Assembly (NCBI RefSeq): GCF_032062105.1
Contig: NW_026919467.1
Coordinates: 1-64,000 of the forward strand
Direction of reading: 5' to 3'
DNA length: 64,000 nucleotides
From: Saccostrea cucullata
Taxonomy: Eukaryota
This document shows, one piece after another, positions 52,378 through 64,000 of this stretch (positions are counted from its first letter, which is position 1; each line of letters starts with the position of its first letter). Under the pieces are notes generated by a model. It did not search any database and was not told where the DNA came from. It saw nothing but the letters and a program-made list of their open reading frames with translations. A program made the translations under genes and the position numbers.

Positions 52378-54675
52378 TTAAAATATACAATTCGTGATAT
52401 TATACAGAAAATATTAACTTCAAATCTGTGTCAAAGTCACTTTAAGGGATTGGGGGGGGGGATAAAATTACATGTACTAGCGTGTCTGGGTTTTGTTGTA
52501 ATAAGAAAACAATTTCATTACAATAAATTAAATATCCAGATGTTGTTTCTAAATTTCTTATTATGTATCTTTTCATTTGATTTGTTGAACCGGAAAATTC
52601 CCTGTGATAATGGCTGAATCTCCATCACATCAAAATATATTCCTGTATAAAGTACATCGATCAGATTCATTTAATAAAATACTCACATTTAATCAGGATA
52701 CAAAAGTACGCTGGGATTTTCCAGAAACAATACTTTTATCAATTATTAGGCCTTTTAATAACATTGCCAAACCTCTATTTTTATAAAAACTCTCAAAGGT
52801 GCTCTCGTATGTTTGTTTAAGAAATACTTTACCTATATTTCCATTATTTCCCATTGGTGTGTTTTTCAAGTATTCTGAAAATTTATCCCATGAGCCTTCC
52901 GCACTTTCATCTTTGATTCTCTCTCTTGTAAGAGAACCATTCTTAAAGCTAGAAAAGAAATTCTATAGTCTGTAAATAGACAATTTTTGTTAAAAATAAT
53001 TCATATAAAATAAACTTGTATTATTGGAAGAAGTTTGTGACATACTGCCTGAAAAGTGAAAATTTGATGAAATAAAAAAGTATTTTTAAGAAAAAAAAGT
53101 AAAGTTACTTTAAATCTAGCAGCTGACAAATTATGTTTTCTTCATAATTCTATATAATTTTAAATTTCTTTTGTTGATCTTATTTGCATTTCAAAAAATT
53201 ATTTTCCAGTCAAGAAACAACCCTCCAAAATAAGAAAAACCACTTTACCAGACTAGAGACATATATGTATCCGAGTCGATGGGGTTAACAAAGATGTGTC
53301 CATCCAGTTCCGCTGTCTGACTCGACAGCCAGGAGAATACTGTATCACTGGACCCCAGGCTTATCTTTAAAAAGAATATGTATGGTCACAAACGAACTAC
53401 AACTATAATAAAAAAAATTAAAACATTTTTTTTATCCAAAGGAGCAGAAGAAAAAAAAGAATCTGTAATTTGAAAAAAAGAAAATGTACTAACATCAGTG
53501 ACAGCTCATTTAAGGACCCTCTTTAATTTTAACTTCATAAGTTTTGAAATAAGTTTGAAATTCATAATTTTTTATTTCATGTCTCTTCAGAAGAAGATTT
53601 TTTTAAAAGATGCCTGCAGTTTTTACTATATGTCTGAAATTTCTCCGAATGAAAAAAAAAATGAAACAAGTTCAAATCCTCTTCACTTAAAGACGCTCTG
53701 TCAGCAAGTTTGGTTGAAACTAGACACTAAATGGTTAATTCTTGAAAGAAGATGAAATAGTAAAAATTAAGTTCAGCAAATATGTCAACAATATAACCAC
53801 GAAAGCTAAGAGTCAAACTTATATCAGAATATTTTAGCCTCTGGCTCAAATGTCAGAGCTAATAAAAAACTTTTTTGGAAGATACATGTATTGTTATCAG
53901 TAACCATATATTTATCACCATTGTTCAGTACTTACAATTGCATCACCTAGTTTAGGTGCCACTCCTGTCAGGGAAGCTACAGCAAATATAACAAAGCATT
54001 TTGTAGATTTGATAATGCACTTGCAGTTAAAGTTCATTCACCCTATGATAAGATGGGTAACTCTCCCTGAAAACAATCATTCCTTTACACAAATGTCAAG
54101 TTGGTCATTTCTGACAACCTTTGACCAAATGCAATGCTTTTGGAAATAAATAATATGTGAAAAAACAAAACTTTATGCAAGTTACCAGAAGCCAGAAGGA
54201 TTACAAAAAGGTGATAGAAAATGATGAAGAACCTGAAAGTTTTCACTAAGTTTTAACAAAAGGAAGGATGTTTGTATTTGTGTTTTTTATTTAAGATAAA
54301 TATAGAGAGCTTATTCCTAGTCCTTGAATATCTATGAAAATTGCCCAAAAATATAAAGTTTCATAGTTTTAAAAAAAATTCCTAATTGATGAACATATAT
54401 CTTGTACGAAATTTCATCAAATACAAAAATATTATTTTAAAATGCTAAATTTTATAATCACCACTGAAATACCTGGGTTATCTCCGGTAAAAGCCACAAC
54501 CTTGCAATCTGGACTAAAGTTATATCGACCAATGAGAAACCGGCTCACGTTTCCCTATCAAATATAAACAAAGTCCAGTACAAATAGATTGAAAAAGTTA
54601 TACACAATCTTCGTCCTTAGTTAAACAAAATATGAGGCAAAATTTGATGAAGCCTATGTAAAGTATCTAGAAGCT

Positions 54676-54780
54676 ATGATCTGTAAAACTTACAATGACT
54701 TGTTTGGATGATGACCCGTAAAACGAACAATGACTTGTTTGGATGATGACCTGTAAAACTTACAATGACTTGTTTGGATG
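54676..54780. repeat. 3 x 35-bp tandem repeat spanning the exon 9 donor of XYLB copy B
   Basis: ATGA.C.GTAAAAC..ACAATGACTTGTTTGGATG at 54676, 54711 and 54746. Confidence 0.95.
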
Positions 54781-55121
54781 GCACTGGTTCTCCCAGCTTC
54801 TGACTCAAGTTGGATCCACAAGCCTTTAATACCAAGGAAATAGAATAAATTAGTAAATCATTTTTATACCAATTATCCCACCCATCATATCTTTATGTGA
54901 ATGCAATTTGTTACACTAGTACTATTTTTAATCCAACCCCCCAGTGATCAGGGGAGAGAGACTGCCAAATAAAATAATCTGAGAAAATAAACAAGTCAAC
55001 CTCTATGTAAGACTGCAAAGAGAGAGAATTTTTTTAAAAAATTAACAAATTTTGATTGGTGTTCAGCATGTACGCAATTAATTAAAAAGGAGATGGGATA
55101 TTAAAAAAAGGACGTGGGCTA

Positions 55122-55286
<165 letters not shown>

Positions 55287-55503
55287 TTAACAGGTGATCA
55301 GAAAAACAATAATTCTGAGATCATTGGAGTAAAAACTGTTAGTACCTCAGTGTCATTGTACTCTGATGGTCTTGTCTGAGAAATCTTCATAATCTGGGGC
55401 CCTGTAAACCTCTCAAAAGCACGAGAACTAGTTATTTCTGCTAGTTTCTACAAAAGTAATTTTTTTTTCATCATAATTCAGATTATCCATCAAAAAGATT
55501 TCA

Positions 55504-55632
<129 letters not shown>

Positions 55633-55699
55633 TTATTAAAAGCCATTTCATGTATAAAAAGCCATCCTTTAAAAATCATTTGCTATTTGTTTTTGAATT

Positions 55700-56506
55700 C
55701 AGGGATGGGGTAATTGAAAAAGTAATTGTAATTGAGTGTAATTAACTACATGTTTCAAAATAATTGGAAGTAAATTGTAATTGAGCCTGCTTTCAATTAC
55801 AAGTAATTGTATGTATTTAAATACATTTTAAAAAATAGCATATTACAATTTTCAATTACTTTTCAATTACATTTCAATTACTTTTTTCAAGTTAAAAGTT
55901 TTGTAAGGTGTCTTTTTATGATGCATAAGTTGCATGAGCTTGTGTTTATGCAATAATTAAATGTCTCATATTGTTTAATTTGTTTGGGTACCCATTTGTT
56001 TATACAGCAAGACATGCTGCCCAGGGCAATAGGTCAAGAACTAAGGTCTAACTTTCTTCAGGTTTGAACCACCCCTCTCATACCCAGGAACAAAAATACT
56101 GAATAAAAGTTCACTATAAAAACATTTTGTTTAGAACCAAAAAAGAATTCAAGGGTACACTGGATGAGTTGACTTTAAAAATCTTCAGATCGAAAGGTGT
56201 TGTGTATGAGTATACTGTGGAAATCAAATGATGATTAAAATGAACTCAGAACTGTAGAAACACTAATTTCAGTACTAAATGCCTGTATATACTTGTATAT
56301 GTTTTGTGAAAATGTTCTGAGATTTTTTGAAATAAATCTGAAGTAATTGAAATGTATTTAATTACATTTGTCTAGGTAATTGAGAATAATTAATTATATT
56401 TGAAAAAAAATCAATGCAGCTGTAATTGTAAGTCCTTGACAAAATTATCGATGTATTTGAAAGTACATGAATTTAATTACATCTCAAAGTAATTGACCCA
56501 ACCCTG
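55700..56506. mobile_element. hAT-type MITE rich in GTAATTG motifs
   Basis: 8-bp TSD TTTGAATT|CAGGGATGGGGTAATT ... AATTGACCCAACCCTG|TTTGAATT. Only the right part survives in copy A (~32369-32613). Another end lies at ~44402. Confidence 0.85.
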
Positions 56507-59500
56507 TTTGAATTAGCCCTGGGGTAAGACTTGGGAGGGAGGGAAAATTGGATTATTTTACCTCTAGATGTTCATGTAGTTGTCTTTTGTCATCAAGCTT
56601 TCTTAAGATTTGGTTTGTACCTTTTTTCCAGTATACGCTACCAGTATGCTGCAGGGAAAAGGTACTTTATATGAATATTAATTACAATAGGTACTATATA
56701 TGAATATTAATTACAAAAGGTATTATATATGAATATTAAAACAATATCAGCTGCATTTTTGAAAATGTTATTTTGCTGTTAAACTGTTTTATTATGATAA
56801 ATTTGAATGCAATTTTAAACCTTTTTGATCAATTAGACTAAAAGGCATTAATTGTTTCAGAATAAAGACTTCTATACTATCCAATATACAGTATTTTATA
56901 AAAAAAAAATCATTATTGTACAGAATGACTATAATGTAATATTGATTCAATCAACAGCAAAGCTTATAAATAGTTCTTACTAAGAAAATATGAACAACAG
57001 AAGTATATAATTTTTTTCTGTCATTGAAATAGTCATTTACAACTTTGCAGCAAAAATTCTGAAAATTTGCAGCTCATATTGCTTTAATTATATATGCACT
57101 GTTATAACGCAAAATGTAATAACAACGCGAAGTGTAATAGACCTGGATTATTATATCTTGCGTTATTACATTTTGAATCGCTCTTCTGATAAATTGTACA
57201 ATCTATCAGCTCTATTTGAAGCCTCAGACTCTAAGTATCCAAGGACCAAAGAAGCATCAACTGACAAAGTTTGATGATTCTAAACCAGTTAGGACTAAAA
57301 AGATATTTCAATATAGCTATAAAATACCATAAGTAGAATAACGGTGACCTACTTTTTGGTTGAAATTTTCTGAGGACTCAAGAAGCATTAATTGACAAAG
57401 ATTGATGATTGTAAGCCAATAAGAAAACTAGTTGAGATATTCAAAAGTAGGTCACCGTTACCTACTTTTTGGTAGACATTCTTCGAAAACCCAAGGTGCA
57501 TCAACTGATAAAGTTTGACGATTCTAAGCCAATTAGTAATTGATATAGCCATAAAATGTCAGAAGTAAGTCACCATGACCTCCTCTTTGGTCATCATTCT
57601 CCGAATTGTAAGATCCATCAACTGACAAGTGTGTTTTTACATTTTGAGTTCTTGCCTTTTGCTTAATCTCAATGCAAAATTTATCAACGCAAAATGTAAT
57701 AATCCAAACATCGTATTATAACATTTTGCTTTATTACATTTTTGTGTTGGTCTCGATGCAAAATGTAATAACGCAAAATGTAATAATCCAGGTTAATTAC
57801 ATTTCGCATTGTTATTGCATTTCGCATTGCACTTAAACACCTGTTTTATTCTTATTTATCTCCCCTATTTCAATAATTATTAAATCAATGACTATTAATT
57901 AACTTTAAAAGTTTCTAAAATTGTGGAGGAATTATAACTCAAAACTTCAATAATTAAGGAATTAGTATAAAGATACAATTTTTCGATAAGATATTCACAT
58001 GGATTCATGTACATGTAGAAGATGTCACACCTGCCCTCCCCCTGAAATGCACGCCACTTTGTGAAAGGGAAAACCATTCTTCTTCATTTTATCTAGCAAC
58101 AAGTCAAATGCCTGTCAAAAAATGCATAATATACCAATATGTACGGCATGTACAGTTGCAGAAAACATTAATACTCTTTAACCAACATCATTTAAGTATT
58201 TCGTGACTACATTCTGAGCTTTTTAAAAGAAATAAACTTATATAGAAACACATGAAACCCTGAAACAGTATTTACTATACAGAATATACCATGCAAGTAA
58301 CTAAATTAAACCATTTCTCAATTATTGGATAATTTTTTCCTAATATTTTAAAAACTGGATGTCAAAAATTTACCTGAATACAGAAATAAGATATATTTTT
58401 CATTTATTTAATATGTTTTCTATTTTTAGGAACATTGGAAATATTTTTATTCAATAGTGTTTGGGGAAAATATTTTATTAGTATACTATGTGGTGGTCCT
58501 AAAATTAATTTTAAGTAAACATATATGCTACAGGAACACTAAGGTCCTTTAAATGACAGGAAATCTTACCTTGACCCACACGATAGCAGGGGCAGTAACT
58601 GTGACATTATCGTTGTGGATGTCACTCCCATGTTATGCAAAACAAAATATATGGGTGTCCATACATTACCCTATAAGATATTTTGCAAAGAAATACATAC
58701 AATGTAATTTAAAAAATTTAACCAACATTAACGCACTATTGTTACACTAAAATTTGAAAAAATTTTTCAAAGTGCATTATATTTTAACGCACTGAATTTT
58801 CTGACAATTTAAAGTTATACATTATCATTGTTTTCTTGAGTTCTAAGTAACAATGTTTGACTGTAGATAATGTTCAATGTTTGACACACTTATAGTTATA
58901 ATACATGTAGTATATGCCAGGGAAGAGAAAAAATTTCAATATAGATTTCGGTTTTTATATCCTCTGCTGATCATTCAGTGAAATGATAAAAATCGCAGAA
59001 ATGAATCAAAAAGGAAAAATACATTTTCTCCTCTTGATTAATCATCGCAACTGATAGGCGATTCCCCATTATGAAGCAAACACATTGCAGCTCGTTTTAG
59101 CAGTTTTCTCAAAATCATTTGTTATATAGTTGTAGAGAGCCCATTTTTATTTCTTCATTAGAAATTCCGGACGAATTAGTTTTTTTGTAAAATTAGGAAA
59201 AATAAATTTCTTTGTGAGTCACTAATTCGTCCGAACGAATTTCTTTTTTAAACAAATAAAAATATTTTTTTCCAGCGGCGCCGTAATTTTTAAAAAAATA
59301 AAAAAGCATACCTATTCGCGGTAATGTAGTGCTAAAATCTAAGTCAGAACAAATAATAATTCGTCCGAACGAATATGAACCAGTCCGTACCATTTTGACT
59401 TTTCTATTGTCCGCCTAACGAAGTTTTTTTTCCTAAATATCTAATTGTCCGAACAAATAAGATTTTAAATTAAGTTTTGAACAAATAACTAATATAAGGA

Positions 59501-62500
59501 ACGATTTTTTGTCCGAAGCGGTGACCATACGTCCAAAAAAATATATTTGCAGCAAATATATTTGTCCGAACAAAAATTATTTGTCCAACAAATATCTGTT
59601 GTGTGCAAAAAATGACGTGCACACGAAAAATAAAAATATTTTTTACCTGGCCCTCCAGCGGCGCCGTACAATATAATAGCAGATTAAAACAAAAATATTT
59701 ATGATAAAAAAACAATGACGCCATCTTATTTTCAATTTAACACTAGAAAATGTCGTCTCTTTGTCGAAAATTTTGTCTTTTAAAACATTGGGCGATTAGA
59801 CGCTTTAACAGATGCTAGCGCTTTTAAATGTGTTTGTCTTCATTCATTCTAACAATTTACAATTTAAGGGATGTTTAATATTCTAAACGTCTATAAATCA
59901 GTTTAATAAGTATTTTTAAATGAAATTTTTAATTTTGATTGGAAATATTTTTAAAAATATATAACATGACGCCAAATATTAAGATATTGACTAAGTGACA
60001 TTACTTTTGGATCAAATGACTATGTATACACGAGCATTGCAATGTAAATAACTAAATTAAACCATTTCTCAATTATTGGTACAAATATTTTAAGCTGTTT
60101 GACAAAAAATTACCTAAATACAGAAAAAAGAAAAAATTCATGCTAATATAATTATATTTTCTTCTTGAAATATATTTTTATTGTAGTGTCGCTGATATTC
60201 TTGGTGGCTAAAATTAATTTTAAGTTTAAACAAAACAGGAACGTCCTGAAAATGTCTAATCTTACGTTTTTAACATGATAGGAGGGGCGTGTAAATTATG
60301 TGGATGTAATGAGTTCTAAAACATTATTCCATACATTCTATAAAATATTTTTACACTACAATTTAAAATTTAAACTCATTATATCCTGAATTTTCTGACA
60401 ACAGAACTGAATAGTTATACATTAATTATCATTGTTTTCTTGAGTTCTAAATAAATTAACAATGTTTGACACTCTTAAAATTATAATACATGAAGTATAT
60501 GCCAGGGAAGAGAAAAAATTATTTATTGATATAAAGTGAATCAATATAAACATCCTCATTTTTACAACTCAAAGACTTTTTCATTTTAAAGTCGTTTATT
60601 GCTTCTGCCTTTCTGTAAAAAAGAAAAAAAATACCTTCTTGTGTCATTAAATGAAAAGAGGATGTATTCTGTAAAAACATACAAAAGCATCCATAATTAA
60701 CATACAGTTTATACGCCACGACTTTCTCTCAGAATCAAAGCTTTTTTTATATTAGATCGGGATCAAAATTTTTCTTTGTCTTAACTTGAACTTTTGTCAA
60801 GTAACATACGGTTTAAATGCAGCTATATAATAAAATGCATTCACCTACTTGTTGTGTGCTAAAATCAAGTCCCAGAAACAATCAGTCTTCACCAGCGTCC
60901 ATTGTTTATTGTCTCGCGAAAACTGGGTCATTCTTCGGTCAGGCTGACCGCTGTTCCTAGAACACCATGTAAAGGGGCACATGCGGAGTTTTGGTTAAGT
61001 AACATATATGGGATTTCAACTCCGAAGCGGTGATTTTTTGTATTTGGAAAATTCTTTGCTAATCAAATACAGACAACTGTTTCAGATTTTTTGTGTTGCA
61101 ACATCGTTGTCCGTTTTTGGTTTAAACATTTATAACAGAGTACTAGATTTACCGCTTTTTGGCAGGTGATACTGCTGATTTAGTATAATAAATACGCAAG
61201 TTTTCTAAAGTTTTTATGCATTAATGAATTTATTTAAACCAAGAAAATGCTCATGAAAAGTTTGAATAAATTTTGTGCACCGGTAAAAAAGAAATTGCTA
61301 AAAATTCTAAATCCGGGACCGTCGGGAGTCGGGCGTAGGGAAGACTAGATTTGCCGTAAGACGCTACACTAAAATGAGTTCCATTAGAAAAAAACTAATC
61401 TAGTTTTACTTTGAACGAAATCTAATATTCAAAATAAAATTACTTTATCATTGCATTTACTTACATTTCAAATTATGAAAATTAGATCAATTCAGGAGAA
61501 AATGACATGAACTATTTGTGGCGGATGTTTATGCATGTTTTCTGTTGAATATCATCGGAGTAAATTGGTCGACACAGTAGCCTCGCTTTCGGCTCTATAT
61601 AATCAACAATAATTACTGCGCATGTTAAATGCGTGATGACCATGGGAGATTGAACATAGTTCAACTCCCAAAAAGTGAAGGGCCATGTGTTAGGCAAAAA
61701 GTTTATTTGTCAACTACACTGTAAGAAATGTGTTTAGAATCCAAACACTTTTCTAAACACTTTTTTGTCACCTTCTTTTTTATATGTTTAATTCCTAGAC
61801 ACGTTCCATTTCTAAACACGTTTGAGAAAGTGTTAAGATTTGAAGCACATAAGTTTACCGTTTCGTGGTTGAGTTCCACTTTCCACACGTAGAGTTTTGA
61901 CGTGTTTATGGAGATAAATGAAAACAAAGACATGCATGCAGTATATGCTTGTGTAGATATATTATCGTAGAAGACAATGGTAATAAAAAGTTTGCCAGTG
62001 CATTTCATCTGAAAGTGTAAATGAGTGCGTTTCTTAGGAGAGGGTACTGATTGTAATTCGGAGTTAGATACCTTTAGTTATTATTATACTATGGGTAAAA
62101 AAATTATTTCCAAAACAAGCTAGTGCCTGTGTACATTTCTGTAAGAGTGAATTCAGGATCAAAACACTTGATCATAGTCCAGTGCGCCGCCTGTGCCAAC
62201 GCAGTCGCCATTTTTCAAAAAGTCGGATTTCAACCCCAAGTATATATAACGTTATAAAATTCATATTTATGAAAGCATAAACACCAAAATTTGAGGAATA
62301 ATTGTATAATAAAAATATTAAGAATTTTCATTTCCATTCAAAAAATACAGGGTAGTAATTACTTTTCCGTAGGATTTTAAATATAATATACCAAATTTTA
62401 ATTGCAACTTTTGGGCATTGCGCTGCCTTCCTACTCCAGACAATGAAATGTGTCTTTTAAATTGGAATAATTTGTGTAGTTACTCCATATTTGTCCATAA

Positions 62501-64000
62501 ATTTATTAGATAGTGTTGGTTTAATCTATGTACGAAGTTTCATTAATGTATGACATCGGGTTCCTACAAAATAACGTGAGGGGGGAGGGGGGTAGGGGCT
62601 GCCCCCCACTTTTTTTCCCAACCTTACTCTTACTATAAGAAGTTTTAATTGAAAGGTTGGTTGCCCCCCCCCCCCCTTCACTGTATATTACAGGAAATTC
62701 ATATAATGGAAAAGTAGTACTGAATGTTAAAAAATTGGTATTGAAAGAACTTGATACTGAAAAAACTTGGCAATTACTCCACCACTCCCCCCCCCCCATT
62801 ATACATTATATTATTATATAAATTTTTTTTGTTGCTTTTTTTTTGCTTGTCAACTTTTTTCAGGTAAGTGAAAAAACAAAATTCTCTGACTGCCCCCCAC
62901 TTTCAAAAACGATGCTACGTGCCTTACTGTAGTTAATTTTGCTCCCCCCCCCCTATATTTTCAAATACCCATCAGATGGTTATTCCTTTGACAGAAATAA
63001 TTTTTTTACACTGTAAAAGCTTCACAGTAGTGAAGTCTATTTTCACTTTACGTATACTGATGCAACGCATTACATTTTGTAGCGGAGTAAACAGGCCCAA
63101 CCAGAAGTCGTGAACTGAACAGGGGACCTAAGGTCCTATTTGAGCGTAAGTTTTATCAGTACTGTCTGAGGCAACGACGTCAGATAATAATGAAATTTAA
63201 ATATTCCTTCTATGGAAGAGTTTATACTGAAGAGTTCACCAGTTACACTGAAAGGTGACACAGGATGACAATCTTGATAGTAATTTTAAATGCACATGTA
63301 CATGTACATAAATTAATGTAAAATTCTACCCTTGGGAGGTCCATTATAGTTTCTTTATTTTAAAAAAATGGGGATATCACTGTTGCAACTTGTTTTTGAT
63401 TTGTACGGATGATTTTATTATTGGTACACATATAGTACGAAGGATTTTTTAGGCCCTACCCCCCTCTATATTTTGAAGTCAATGCAATCGCTACATGTAT
63501 ACGGGCCTATATCAAGCTATTCTAATGTGCTTTATATCAGGGAAATTTGCGATGTTGTTTAAATTAGCAAATACAAATAAACATGACAAATTAAATTAAA
63601 CAACAGAATGATATGCTTAAATGTATTTCTTTTATTTCCTTGAATAAAAATAATATCACAATGACACGATTTTTATACGGGTACATGACTGTAACTATGT
63701 ACATGCAGTTTTACATGGAAGAGAGCCCAAAATATATACATTCCCATCGAGCTTTCAGAATACGAGAAAAAAAATAATTAGAAATTTTTCTAACAAATGC
63801 AAAATTGCTTCTGAGAAAGCCTTGCAGTAGCATACAAATATTTCAAGCCATTCTTGCGTGTTTAGTGGACTGAGAGATGATTAAATTTCCTCTCATCGCG
63901 ATACGTACCCCCTCTTCCCTGAATTGATAAATGTTTTCCTTCAGAGTCGAGAATGTCAATTGATAAGTTTGTTCAGGTACGTACAGGTCAGGGCTGGTGT

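Noticed and set aside
60882-60884. TGA at codon 7 of XYLB-B as selenocysteine or readthrough
   Set aside because: It aligns with Arg (CGG) in copy A, consistent with CpG decay, and several independent lesions follow downstream.

Overview
AT-rich eukaryotic DNA, most likely an oyster or related bivalve (inferred from HINE/Helentron-type elements with ~166-bp satellite cores and V-domain-like tRNA SINEs). Genes: (1) a three-exon + strand gene whose single coding exon (16264-17625) encodes a secreted, lysine-free Gly/Ser/Tyr/Arg/Asp low-complexity protein resembling a shell-matrix or structural protein; (2) two tandem - strand xylulose kinase (XYLB) paralogues, which the ORF track almost entirely misses because the exons are short. 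Copy A (25774-40526) has 14 intact exons but lacks exons 6-10. Copy B (48303-60902) keeps exons 6-10 but has a stop at codon 7, decayed exons 2-3, two dead splice donors and a frameshift. The rest is nested mobile DNA: mariner MITEs, a truncated mariner transposase, a LINE 3' fragment, HINEs, Kolobok-, Harbinger- and hAT-type MITEs, a solo LTR and palindromic elements. There is also a triplicated ~2.7-kb non-coding unit. I found no convincing new multi-gene system. The best leads are the complementary decay of the XYLB pair, tandem repeats built from splice sites, and the architecture of the secreted protein gene.
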